In this document: in pieces, positions 1-13,878 of the stretch | How the letters are laid out: each line of letters begins with the position of its first letter | Position numbering within the stretch: position 1 is the stretch's first letter | Assembly (NCBI GenBank): GCA_009914755.4 | Contig: CP086569.2 | Span: forward strand, 14,880,001-14,944,000 | Origin: the human T2T-CHM13v2.0 reference genome, Homo sapiens | Direction of reading: 5' to 3' | DNA length: 64,000 bases | Notes under the pieces: model-generated | What the model saw: the letters and a program-made list of their open reading frames with translations, nothing else | Told to the model about the DNA's origin: nothing | Database searches by the model: none | Program-made: the position numbers and the translations under genes

Positions 1-147
1 TTATCCAATGTTGTATTGGAGGTCACAGTGCAGTAATGCAACAAATTCTATTATGTAAGGTAAGGTGAGAATATTAAATCGATAGAGGTTAAGATTCCAT
101 ACTTGCAAATCATGTAGAAAATGCTTAGGTATATAAACAGCTATTAG

Positions 148-606
148 TCTTTGTATTAGTCTGTTCTTGCATTGTATTAGTCTGTTCTTGCATTGCTATA
201 AAGAAATACCTGAGACTGGGTAATTTATAAAGAAAAGAGTTTTAATTGGCTCATGGTTTGGCAGGTTGTACAGGAAGCATGATGCTGACATCTGCTTGGC
301 TTCTGGGGAGGCCTCAGGAAACTTACAATCAGAGCATAAGGTGAAGGGTAAGCAGGCTCATCTGACATGGCCGGAGCAGGAGGAAGAGAGAGAGGGAGGG
401 GAGATGCTATATTCTTCTAAATAACCAGATCTCACAAGAACTCACTATCATGAGAACAGCACCCAGGGGAATGGTGTTAAACCATTAATGAGAACTCTAC
501 TCCTATGATTTAATCACCACCCACCAGGCTCCACCTCCAACACTGGGGATTACAGTTTGACACGAGATTTAATGTTTCATGGGAACATAGATCCAAACCA
601 TATCAG
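148..606 (-). mobile_element. MaLR-type solo LTR (THE1/MST-like), antisense, with an internal 21-bp duplication at 151..192
   Basis: Reverse complement matches the THE1/MST LTR termini as recalled, including the motifs tgtattagtc...gctataaagaaatacctgagactgggtaatttataaag and ...ccaaaccatatcag. Confidence 0.55.
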
Positions 607-2094
607 TCTTTTATTTTTTTATTTTTACATTTAAAATTTTTATTTTTTCATCAGTTTTTGGGGTACAGGTGGTATTTGGTTAAATAAGTAAGCTTTTTAG
701 TGGTTATTTCTGAGCTTAATTAGTGAACTCAGCTTAGATACAGAATACAAGATCAATTACCAGTGTTAGTGCTATCTCAATATACTAGTTATAAACAAAC
801 AGAATTCTAAAGACCAACATACTATCTACTGGTTACTACAGTCAATAATAATTTAACTGTACATTTTAAAATAACTTATAGAGTATAATTGGATTGTTTG
901 CAACTCAAAGGATAAATGCTTGAGGGGTGGATATCCCATTCTTCATGATGTGCTTATTTCACATTGCATGCCTATATCAAAACATCTCATATACGCCATG
1001 AATATATACACCTACTGTGTACCCACAAAAATAAAAAAAATACCATCTACCATATCTACCATAATATCATAACACATAAAATATTCAGGATAAATTTAAT
1101 AAAAGTTGAGCAAAACCTCTACTCTGAAACTTTAAAATATTTCTAAAGGAAAATAAAGTATACTTAGGTAAATAAAATGATCTATCATGCTCATGGATTA
1201 GAAGACAATTATTAAATCTCATCTTCAACGATTATGCAGAGAGAGACCGCAATTCTAATCATATTTCCAGGAAACGTTGACAACGAATTCCTGAAATTTA
1301 CATGGAATTGCAAAGGACGTAGGACAGCCAAAACAACCCTTGAAAAACAAGAACAAAGAGAAGTCACATTAGCTGTTTTCAAGAGTTGTTATAAAGCTAC
1401 AGCCATCAAGACTGAACCAGGACCGCGTGGAGTCAGCGGCAGGACCTGATAATAGACTCCGGGAACAAAACTGAGTGTTCGGAAACAGACTCACACCCAC
1501 ATATGTACATATGGGGAAACGGAACAGTACCAAAGTAATTTTATGGGGAGAAGGAAAGACCTTCCAAAAAAAAATAATAATGGGGCCGAGATGGAGTAAG
1601 CCATCTGCAACTGCCGTCTGTCAATTACAGTAAAATTTCTGGACAAAATACAAAAAACCAAAATGCAAGCCCTTTAAGGAGCACACAATAGCAAGCACAC
1701 TGGGAACTAAAATCAAAACGTCATTAAGGCCCCATAAGAGGACTGAGTTTCCCATTTTTCCATGCTTGGTCTCCCAGCATTGAGCAGAAGGCAGACCCCG
1801 GCTTGGAATTGAGCAGTGAGTGCTGACAACATCACCTTAGGAGAAACCCCCTGCTTACAGCCAAAGGAAGGGCCTCCCATGCGCCAGAATGTGGAGGGAA
1901 TCCATGTTTCTTCCCCCTTTGCTTCTTCTTGCTCTCCTCTCTCTTGGCTAGTCCAAGTTCAGCAGCTGCACAGCGATGGAGGCGGTGGGGCAACTATAGG
2001 ACCATCAGCTCAACTCCAAGGCAAGATCTCTCCAGCCCTCACTCAGAGGAATGAGGAAAAGGGCCCCATTTCCTATAGAGTCTGAGGGAATACC

Positions 2095-2500
2095 TGTTGT
2101 CATTTTCTCTTTTTTTCCTTTCATTTTCTTTATTTTTAAAATCAAGTTACATTTTTTAAGTTGACAAATAATAATTGCACAGGCATATGGGGTAGGTAGC
2201 AGTGTTGACACATACACAACGTGGAGTGATCAGATCAGGGTAATTAGCACATCCATCATCTCAAACAGGTACCATTTCTGTGTATTGGGAACATTCAATA
2301 TCCTTTCTTCCAACCATTTGAAACTATATAATTTATTATTGTTAACTATAGTCATCCTACAGTGGTACAGAACAGGAGAATGTATTCCTCCTATCTAGCC
2401 ATAATTTTGTATTCTTTAACAAATCTCTCCCTATCCCTCTACCTCCCCTACCCTTCCCAGCCCCCTCTCTTTTATCTCTTGCTGCTTTACCCCAAAGGTA
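2095..2500 (-). mobile_element. Old L1 (L1M/L1PB-like) 3'-end fragment, antisense
   Basis: The antisense L1M 3'UTR signature ...attattgttaactatagtcatcctacagtggtacag...ccagcccc is present; a T-rich end lies at ~2100. Confidence 0.4.
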
Positions 2501-3559
2501 GCCCTGGTCACACAGAACAACATGTACTAATGGCGAGTGAACCTTTAGGAGAAACCTGTCTTTCTGACCAGAAGGGTCAGGTAAAAGGGCATTTGGGAGC
2601 CAGACTGTAGGGTAGGCTTGGCAGATTTTGGAAACAAAAATATAAGATTCTAAGTAAAATCAGAATTTCAGATAAACCTTGTTATATTTTTAAACTTGTT
2701 AATGTATTTTCCATGCAATATTTGGAAAAATATATATATATATATAAAACTAAAAATTCATTCATTATTTATCTGAACTGGTCATCTTGTATGTTATCTG
2801 GTGATTCCACATGGGGTTAATTCCAGAGAGGAAAGTGCTAGAGAAGGGTGTCCCCCATTTCTGTGGACAAACTCACTGGAGCCTGGTCTCACTCCAGAGC
2901 TGTGCATGCCTGGAAAGTCCCAAGGAAGCAGAGTAAAGACTTTGAGAACTTCACTGCCATTCAAGCCATCTCCCACTTCCAGCCTAACCTCCAAAGAATA
3001 CGTGTGCCAGGCCATCTCAAACAGCCCAGCAGAGCCTTTAGAAACTGATTTGTCATTGGAGCTGCCACACACAGAATGCAGAAACAAATGTAAGTCTGAA
3101 CCTAACCGATTGTATGGCAATTCAAACATGGATTTAAAATAATTGGTGATCAAATAACAATTGGATATCTACATGGAAAAATAATACACCTGAAAGCATC
3201 AGATATGAAAACAGAATATCTGAAGTCATAAAACTTCTAGAGCAAAACAAAAGAATATGATATGATGCTGAGGTTGTCGAAGATTTCTCAGATTGGGTAC
3301 AAAATGCATTAATTACAATGGAATAGTTAACAAATTCTGTTTTAAAAAATAAAAAACTAAATTGTACTCATTAAAATGTCTCTAAAAATAAAAAATAACA
3401 CATGAATAGCAGGAAATAACTACACTACATACAACTGACCCACGTCTTGCCTTATAATTATGTATAAACAATTTCTATAACTTAAGAAAAAAATAATGAG
3501 ATAAGGGCTTACTCAGATACCGCACAGGGAAAGATATCACAATGGTCAAGAGAAAGTAC

Positions 3560-4282
3560 TTACCATTGTTATTAATTAAAGAAGTGCAAATTTAAATACC
3601 AGAGAGATGCCACTACAATGACAAAAATTAAAGAGGCCAAGATGATCAAATTTTGGCAAAGCTGTGGAACGTCCACAACTCTCCCATGTTGTTGGTGGGG
3701 TTCATACATGGGGTTCATGCTTTCCAAAACATTTTGACAGTTTCCTATAAAGTTAAACATACACACACTATGATCCAGCAATTCCATTCATAAGTAATGA
3801 TCTAAGAGAAAGAAAAATCTATGTCTACACAAAGACTTGTTCTTGCAAGTCTTTTTCATAACAGCCACACACTGTATAAAATGTAACATCCATCCACAGG
3901 AGGATGGATGAGCAAAGGGAGGTACATCTGTGCACTAACTGCTTCTCAGGAGTAGGAAACAATGAACCATGCATGGATACACACCGTGGCATGGGTGAGT
4001 CTCAAGATCACTGTGCTTGAGGGAAATAAGGAAAACACAAAAGAGAACCTGCTGTGAGAGTATATTTCCTGGGTATTCAACAACAAGCAAAATTAACCTA
4101 TGGTGAAAGAATCGATCAATTGTTGCCTCTGGGGCAAAGGGTAAGGAGAAATTAATTAGGCAGGTTCACAAGGGAAGCTTCCGGGTGATGGAGTGTTCTG
4201 TGTTTTGACATGGGTATATATGACAGGTATATGAATTTGATGGAATTTCCCAAATGATAGCACTATGTCAATTAAAAAAAAT
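3560..4282 (+). mobile_element. Old L1 (L1M-like) 3' end with poly(A)
   Basis: Sense-strand L1M 3' consensus-like sequence (aaagaagtgcaaatttaaataccagagagatgccactacaatgacaaaaattaaagag...), ending in A8 at ~4270-4280. Confidence 0.45.
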
Positions 4283-4299
4283 AGAAACATTGAAAATGG

Positions 4300-4830
4300 G
4301 ACTGATATGGTTTGGCTGCCTCACCACCCAAATCTCAACTTGAATTGTATCTCCCAGCAGTCCTGCGTGTTGTGGGAGGAGCTCAGGGGGAGGTAATTGA
4401 ATCATGGTGGCCGGTCTTTCCTGTGCTTTTCTTGTGATAGTGAATAAGTCTCACAGGACCTGATGGTTTTATCAGGGGTTTCTGCTTTTTCTTCTTCCTC
4501 ATTTTCTCTTGCTGCTACCATGTAAAAAGTGCCTTTTGCCTCTCACCGTGACTCTGAGGCATCCCTAGCCATGTGGAAATGTAAGTCTAAGTAAACTTTT
4601 TCTTCCCAGTCTCAAGTATGTCTTTATCAGCAGCATGAAAACGGACTAATAAGGTAAATTGGTACCAACAGAGTGAGGAGTTGCTGAATAGTTACCTGAA
4701 AAATGTGGAAGCGACATTGGAACTGGGTAACAGGCAGAGGTTGGAACAGCATTTTCAGCTTCAGTTCCATGATGAAATCATTGTCTGGCTGTACTGTTAA
4801 GTGAAGAGCATTAGAGAGCAATAGAAGCTC
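4300..4830 (+). mobile_element. THE1-like MaLR LTR plus short internal segment
   Basis: It starts gatatggtttggctgcctcaccacccaaatctcaacttgaattgtatctcccag...ggaggtaattgaatcatgg, which is the THE1 LTR 5' end as recalled. It continues into MaLR-internal-like sequence (ggtaccaacagagtgaggagttgctg...gtggaagcgacattggaactgggtaacaggcagaggttggaacag). Confidence 0.55.
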
Positions 4831-7509
4831 ACATCATTGTGAGGTCAACATTAGCGCATGGACAGGGTGGGACAGAGCTTTTCAGTGGCATATATCACAC
4901 TGCCAATATAGATCCTCACTGAGGTTACCAAAAATGTTACTCTCTGTGTGCTTCTGTAAGGCTTGAATAATTGTTACTCAATCTTGGATTACTGTTGTCA
5001 CCAGGAAAAAATTGAAGAATAAAAACCATCTGTCTTGAGGCAAATTGTTAAATATACCCAAGTCAGTTTACTTAAAAAGTAATCTAGGACTTGTTTTAAA
5101 ATAACTGAGTGGGGCAGGGGACGGGTCAGGTTTGGAGAGGGTAACAGGTGAAATGGAATTAGCTGTCTTTTGTAGTGGTTGGAGCTGCACGATGAAAACA
5201 TGGTGATCACTATAGTAGTCCCTCCACCTTTGTGCATGTCTCACAAGTTTCAAAACCCTCTCACTTTGTAGGATGTCAGAAACCACTCCTACAGGATAGA
5301 TGGACCTGAGTACATCATGCTTAAGTGAAACAAGCCAGTCACAGAAGGACAAATGCTGCCAAATTCTACTTTTATGAAATATCTAAAATAGTTAAACTCA
5401 CAGAAAGTAGAATGGTCATTGCTAGGGGCTGGGGGAGGGGAAAATGGGGAATTGAGGTGCAATGGGCATGGAGTTTCAGTCATACAAGATGAGAAAGTGA
5501 ATTAGTGTTCTCTAGAGGGACAGAACTAATAGGATAGATGTATACATGAAGGGAGTTTACTAAGGAGTATTGACTCACATGATCACAAGGTGAAGTCCCA
5601 TGATAGCCCGTCTACAAGCTGAGGAGCCAGGAAGCCAGTCCAAGTCCTAAAACCTCAAAAGTAGGGAAGCCCACAGCACAGCCTTCAGTCTGTCTGTGGC
5701 CAAAGGCCAGAGACCCCCTGGCGAAACACTGGTGTAAGTCCAAGAGTCCAAAAGCTGAAGAACTTGGAGTCTGATGTTTGAGGAAGCTTCCGGCAGAGGA
5801 GAAACATGGAGGCCAGAAGACTCAGCAAGTCAGCTTCTCCCACCTCCTTCTGCCTGATTTGTTCTAGCCATGCTGGCAGCCAACTGGATGGTGCCCACCC
5901 AGACTGAGGGTTGGTCTGCCTCTCCCAGTGCACTGACTCAAATGTTAATCTCCTTTGTCAACACCCTCACAGACACACCTGGGAACAATACTTTACATCC
6001 TTCAATCCAATCAAGTTGACAATCTTAACCATCCCAGAAAGTTGTAAGGATCCACTATAGCACAATGGGCATGTAGTTAACAATACCGTACCATGCACCT
6101 CAACATTTGTTAAGAGTGTATATGTCGTGTCATGTGGGTTTTACCACAAGTTTAAAAATACTCCTGAGTATCTTATTCCATGTAATCAACACCTTAGCAA
6201 ACCTTAGTACTTCACTGCCCTTTCCTGGCTGCATGGCGTATCAGAGAACGTGTGGGCTTTGGAGTCAGACAAGCTTCGGTTCAAGTACTAGGTGATCTGG
6301 AACAGGTTACTTACCCTGGCTGGTCCTCAGGGTCATCTTTTGTAAACTCAGGATGGAATAAGACAGCCCCATCTATCTTCCAGCACCATTCTAAGGATGA
6401 CTCATAGGCATTTCTCAGTCCTGGCAGTGATTATTATTTTTTGATTAGCATGTAGCCCACTGCCTGGACCATAGTAGATGCTCAATAAATGTTTGTTGAA
6501 TGAATAATTTAATTCATTAATGAATTTTTATTTTATTTTACCCTGCTCCTTACCAATTTTTTAGTGCAATTACTCTTATCTAGTTTTGAGTTGTATCCAA
6601 ATTCTCAGTCTACTTAAGATTCAAAATTACATATCAGCTTGCTGGGCTAGCACTTTTCCTTACATCTCTCCCTGAAGGGTCCTCAGTTCTGTTTCTTTTC
6701 TATGTGTCTTTTTTCCCACTTCCATGGACCTGTGTCCAGGGCCCCTTGCCCCCAAAGCCCTTCAACTAGTTATTCTCCAGCAGAACATTTTTCTGCCAGT
6801 AAAAATATTTTCTTTCAGGAATTGGCTAAAAGCTGTTTTCACAAAAACTTCCCTATATGAATTGAGCTTATAATTAACTTACTCTTTCTTAGGACTTCTG
6901 CAGAACTTATGTACACCTAAAGCATACCAATTCACACTTGGTTCTGGGGTCTAGAGTAGAGTCACAGAAACATGACTCCTGTCATGAATACAAGCTAGGA
7001 TGTGGTCCCTAAAGTAGGAGATGTGTCTCGAATGCCCCTTCAATCCTCGTGCAGTGTCTACTATGGTGCTTCCACAGCATTGAGCAGCAGTCCTTAGGAG
7101 AGTGGAGTTTAGAATTTGATCTTTGCAGACCTGAGTTTTAATCCTGGCTCTATAACCTATAAGCAGTATAAGAAAGGTACCCAAACTGTCTGTTTCATTT
7201 GTCCAGTGGGGACACTACACATTTTACAGGGTGTGATGGTTAATTTCAGGTGTCCATATCACTGCCTTAAGGAATATGTCAGGAATTGGTAAAGCATTGT
7301 TTCTGGGTGAGCCTGCACACATATTCCTGGGAAGATTGGTGTGAGCTGGTGGACAGAGTGGGGAAGATGTCTTCAATAGACACAGGCCCCATCCAATTCT
7401 CTGAGGGCCCAGTTAGAAGAAACAGGGCAGAGGAAAGGCAGTTTCTTCCCTTTCCCTCCGGGAGCTGAGACTCTTCTTTTCCTGCTCTTGGACATCAGAA
7501 CTTCAGGCT

Positions 7510-7785
<276 letters not shown>

Positions 7786-9879
7786 AGGCTCTTTTTATAC
7801 TGAGAGTTACACTATCCACTTCCCTGGTTCTGAAGTTTCTGGGTGTGGACTGAATCACACTCCTGGCATCCCAGGGGCTCCAACTTGCAGACAGCCTGTC
7901 CTGAGACTTTTCACCCTCTAATTACCCTAATAAATCCCCTCTCATCTATCTTCACTGATAACCTGTTGGTGGTGTCTCTCGAGAGCTCCCAATTAATTCA
8001 TAGGAGTAATGTGAGGGAGAAATGAGGTCGTGCATGGGGAGCATTTCACACCCTGCCTGACACATGCCCAGGTCCAATAGGCTGCAGCTGCAGTTATTCT
8101 AGACCTTAGCATCAGTGATCAAAACAGCGGAAGGCCTTCCCTCTGGTACCCAGCCATCACGTTGAGCTTCTCCTGTCATTTTTCAATTCCAGAGTGTTTT
8201 TTGAGAGCAATTATGTGTCCCGTGTATCACTGACATGGGGGTCAAAAACAATCCGTATGCGTGGGGATCTGAAGCTGGGAATGAGCAAATGTCAGAAATA
8301 GGAGTCAGGAGCAGAGGAAGCTGCATGGTCAAGGGGAATCGACATGAGCCTTCCTGCCATGTGCCGTATTTCCTGCGGTCTAATGAGACAGAGACATATG
8401 TATGTATACATCATCTCATGCTTAGCTCTTTAATATGTACAAGGTGTTTTCAAATTTTCCCACCAACTGTTTCGACAGTTGAGAATCTCAAGAACACCTG
8501 CTGTTCATGACTGTTGTCAAGGGGATCCTCCCTTTAGGGACACAGGAAGATTTGCCTATAATGCCAGGAAGCTTTGATATCTATTATTTTATTACAAAAA
8601 TCAACTACAGCTTTGCTGCTATATTACTTCGGGTCTTTACTCTTTCCACTGTTTATTTTAAGCCTCAGCTTGTGGATAGTTGGAGAAGGAGGGAAAATAT
8701 TTAACACTCTTATTAACTAATTTAACTATGTATATAACATGTAGAATGAAGAAAGACTTAAAGGAAGAGGTAGTATTTGTGAATGCTCCAACAAATTAAA
8801 AGATTATTTAAATTATTGATTTCTGATTAAACCATTTATTATCTATAATGAATTAAAGCAGTTTGTGAAAATAAATTCAGTGACATTTTTGCATCTGTAA
8901 CTTCAAAATCATAGTCACTTTTCAAAGCCAAAAATTCCTGAAGCAGAAGTCTGCCAATCATCACAATAAAACATGAAGCCCTAGTCAGGATGGGTTCCCA
9001 ACAAATAGCAGTTGAAGCTCCAACTGCCATGAAATCATGAAAGAAACACGGTTTAAGTGCCATGGATAATTTTTTTCAATGCCAAAAGAATCATCACAGA
9101 CTGTTTTGCGTTGCAGAGTTTGAATGGAAACACAGCATTAAAATAAGGTGCACAAAATTAATTCTTGAATATAATTTTAAAATAAAATGCAATGTTGCTC
9201 CACAATATTCATCAAATCCAAAAGTGGCCACTGACAAGATTCAGTTTATTTCAGTTTTTATGCTGTCATTATGTAAAAAAACTATAGCAGGAAGTTCACA
9301 AATTTCCCTTTGGAAAGAGATACACAACCACAGACAATAGGCTTTCTTAAAAGACAGCAGCTTTTCATTCCGACTTGTTTCCCATCCATAACATGCAAGT
9401 ATTTATTGTTCAGGGTCAATACAGCCTTGCAAATAAACAGGCTTTGAGTTATACCAAGCATGCTCATTCTTATATGGTATTTCCATATAAGAAATACAAA
9501 AGAAATATACCACAAAATGATGGTGCTCAGGCCATGGGGCAACGCCGTTTCTGTGGTACAGCGTCCTAGGTTTCCTAAGATTCCATAGGAGGCAGCTACA
9601 AGTTCGACATGCAAAGCTCTGAAATCTCTCCCTAAGCTAATGAAGTGAAGCCATGACTGCACGAAGGAAAGGATGAAACAGAACTAATTTATTGTTTCTC
9701 AAATGATGCTACCATCTCTTCTAAGCCGCCATTAATTTAACATCTTTAAAGCTATAAGAACAATCTATGTAATAAGTGAAAACTGCCTATAAAATTAGTG
9801 CTTTACATCTCAAACCCTTATTATACGGAAATTCATATTTTCAGAATCACATAAAAGTTTAACGTGCTATTCATTGTAA

Positions 9880-11100
9880 GATTTAAGGACATGAGTTATT
9901 CTGTCCGTGTAATTACTAACAACTGGAAATTAAATCGTGATGATTTTGTACTTTATTCTTCTTAAAATGATAATTTCCTTTCTCCTTTTTCCTGAGAAAC
10001 ATGCTTCAACAATACTAACAGCTTACCTTCCAAAATAAATGATCACATATAGAATAGTTTATATATAATATATATTTATATTTATACATTATATATTTAT
10101 GTATTATATAAATATAAATATGCTTACATATTTTATAGATGTCTAAATATTTATATAGAATATAAATATTTATATATAAACTATATGTGAAATTTATCTA
10201 TATAAATATATAAAATAGATATATAAATACATAAATATATATTATATGTATATAATAGAGACAAATATGAATTATATACACATATACACATTAGAAGCGC
10301 AACGATCTTTTCTGTATATAGTAAAGACATGTGTGTTTATATAAAAACCTGTGTATTTATATAAATATAAATACAGATTATATATATACACACATTAGGA
10401 ATACAGTAGTAAATTCTACCATATATAGAAAAGAACTGTGCATTTGTATAATTATATATAAATGTAGATTACATATATGCACAATAGAAATACACCGGTC
10501 TCTTCCATAAATAGAAAGTTCTACTATATCATACTCTCATTGCAATTATTGACAGCTGGGTATTCCATCGTGATAATTTTGTACTTTATTCTTCTAAAAG
10601 TGATAATTTCCTTTCTCTTTTTGCCTGTGAACCATGCTTCAACAATCATAACACCTTAACTTCTAAAATAAATGATTATATATAATATATACATATAAAT
10701 ATGTTTTATATAGATATTTATATATAAAATATATATCTATATATCAATATTTCTATATACAATCTATATATAAATATAAAAATATGAAAATACATGTTAA
10801 TATATAAATATATGGTAGGTTCTAGTATACATAGAAAAGACCTGTGTATTACTAAAGTGTGTATATATAATATATATTCATATATATTCATATTTATGTA
10901 TTTTATATATAAAGATAAATTCCATATTTGTATGTTTGTATTTATATATTTCATATATAAATACATAGGTTTGCCTACAATAAATATAATTGTATATTTT
11001 ACTTACATATATTTATGTATATTTGTATATAGTAAATTCTACTATATACAGAAAAGTCCTGTGTATTTCTAATATATGGAAATATGAAATCTACTTCTTG
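9880..11100. repeat. AT-rich complex tandem repeat / VNTR (about 60-70-bp subunits and a ~650-bp higher-order duplication)
   Basis: The blocks 9890-10030 and 10540-10700 are near-copies. Motifs such as tagaaaag(a/t)cctgtgta recur at 10430, 10840 and 11050, embedded in (TATATAAATA)-like low complexity. Confidence 0.6.
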
Positions 11101-11439
11101 TCTCCACAGTTGCAAAAAGGCTTTTTTCAAGTAGATAGATATTGCTCTACTTTGAATTTTTCTTCTTAATTATATTAGATTGTAGGGAGGGGACCCTGAA
11201 AGGAAAGAGATGGAAACCATTGTACCATCAGTTTATATTGAGGAAAAGGTATTTTAACAATGAAACCTAAGTAGGTAGAATCCAGATCCTGGTACTTGGT
11301 GCTTGTGCTGGCAGGATTGCAAGAAAAAATAAACCCTAAATGAAGCAGAGTCATCCTGTGAGGGGGAAATTTGTCTCCAGTGCTCAGCCATGACGCAAAC
11401 CTTATGCTCCTGTCTGGCAAACTGTGACCTCTCCCTCTG

Positions 11440-12360
11440 CCCTCAAGCCCGCAAGACCCCACTTCCCTCCCTCCCCGCACAACACCTCTTCCTTCCTTCT
11501 TTCGTTTCTCGCTCCCCACTCACCACCTCTTCCCCCCTTCCTCCCTCCCCACAGGCCACCTCTTCCTCTCTCCCTCCCAACACACCACCTCTTCCTCCCT
11601 CCCTCCCTGCATACCACCTTTTTCTCCCTCTCTCCCCACACACCACCTCTTCCACCCTTCCTCCCTCCCCACAGGCCACCTCTTCCTCCCTCCCTCCCTA
11701 CACACCACCTCTTTCTCCCTCTCTCACTCCCCACCCACCTTCTGTTCCTCCCTGCCTCCCGACCCACCACCTCTTCCTACCTCCCCGCCACACACCTTTT
11801 CCTCCCTCCCTCCCTACACACCACGTATTCCTGTCTCCCTCCCCACACACCACGTCTTCCCCCCTGTCTCCCTCCTGACACACCTCTTCTTCCTCCCTCC
11901 CTCCCCACACACCTCTTCTTCCTCCATCCCTTCCCACACACCTCTTCCTCCCTCCCTCCCCACACACCTCATCTTCCTCCCTCCCTCCCACCCCACACAC
12001 CACCTCTTCCTCACTCCCTCCCCACCCACCACCTCTTCCTCCCTCCCCACACACCACCTCTTCCTCACTCCCTCCCCACCCACCCCTTCCTCCCTCCCCA
12101 CACCACTTCTTCCCTCCCTCCCCACAAACCTCCTCTTCCTCCCTCCCTGCCCACCCACCACCTCTGCCTCCCTCCCTCCCTCCCTACACACCACCTCTTC
12201 CCGCCTGCCTCCCTCCTGACACACTTCTTCCCTCCCTCCCCACACACCACCTCTTCCTCCCTCCCTCCCCACACACCACCTCTTCCTTCCTCCCTCCCCA
12301 CCCACCACCTCTGCCTCCCTCCCTCCCCACACACCTCTTACCCCCCCCTCCCTCCCTCCT
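11440..12360. repeat. Pyrimidine-rich (C/T on + strand) minisatellite, ~30-bp unit cacacaccacctcttcctccctccctcccca, ~30 copies
   Basis: The unit repeats directly in the sequence with variants, and the strand is almost pure pyrimidine over ~900 bp. The long low-complexity ORFs on both strands (11424..12446 +, several G/R/E-rich -) are a by-product of this. Confidence 0.85.
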
Positions 12361-12409
12361 CACCATCAGAGAACACGGAGTCACTCAGATCGGTTTGCAA
12401 CACATTCAT

Positions 12410-12415
12410 TTTATT
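12410..12415 (-). terminator. Candidate polyadenylation signal AATAAA for the VCY-like gene
   Basis: Plus-strand tttatt (minus AATAAA) lies ~75 nt downstream of the TGA stop and just before the minisatellite. Confidence 0.45.
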
Positions 12416-12488
12416 GTCATCAACATGGGAAGCACCCTGCTGGTGAGATCTCTGAGGTCTGGCAGCTGGGCCTAAACTTAGTTGCTGC

Positions 12489-13290
<802 letters not shown>

Positions 13291-13820
13291 CATCTAATGA
13301 GGAAGGCAGGGTGCTCTAGTTGGAGAAAGGGAGATTTGGGTTAGCACCCCTAAAGATAGTTCCCAAACTGACATGTCGCCCCTCCTAAACTCCCCATGTT
13401 CAGTTTTGGCAGATCATGTGGCAAGGGAGGATATTTCCCCCACATGTTTCCCCCGGAACCCCCATTCAGTGGTACATTCTGTTCCTCCACAACTACCATC
13501 ATTACCCAGTTTCTGTATGTCCTACCTAAAATCCCTCCATGCTAACTGGGATGGATGGAGGGCTGTACGAAGACGTCAGTCATCCCTCTCTCCTACAAAT
13601 TCCTCTGCTACACCTTGAGGATCATTCACTTCTTGGCTGCCATGGAACAACTTTTCCATCTCACATGCTTCTCCCAGCATCCACATAGTGCCTCACAATT
13701 TTTCATTCTCATGGTTTAAAGCACTGGCTTCCAGAGGTCAAGATTAGCAAACACACTAGCTCAGCTGGGTATCTGTATCGGGCTGGGTTCCTCAGAGAAG
13801 GAGAAACTAAACCAAACAGG

Positions 13821-13826
<6 letters not shown>

Positions 13827-13873
<47 letters not shown>
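13827..13873. repeat. (TG)n microsatellite
   Basis: About 23 perfect TG dinucleotides. Confidence 0.95.

Positions 13874-13878
<5 letters not shown>

Noticed and set aside
11424-12446. 340-aa proline-rich ORF (+) and multiple overlapping G/R/E-rich ORFs (-) across 11402..12384
   Set aside because: They are produced entirely by translating the ~30-bp C/T-rich minisatellite in different frames. There is no start-codon context or splice signals, and the composition is pure low complexity.
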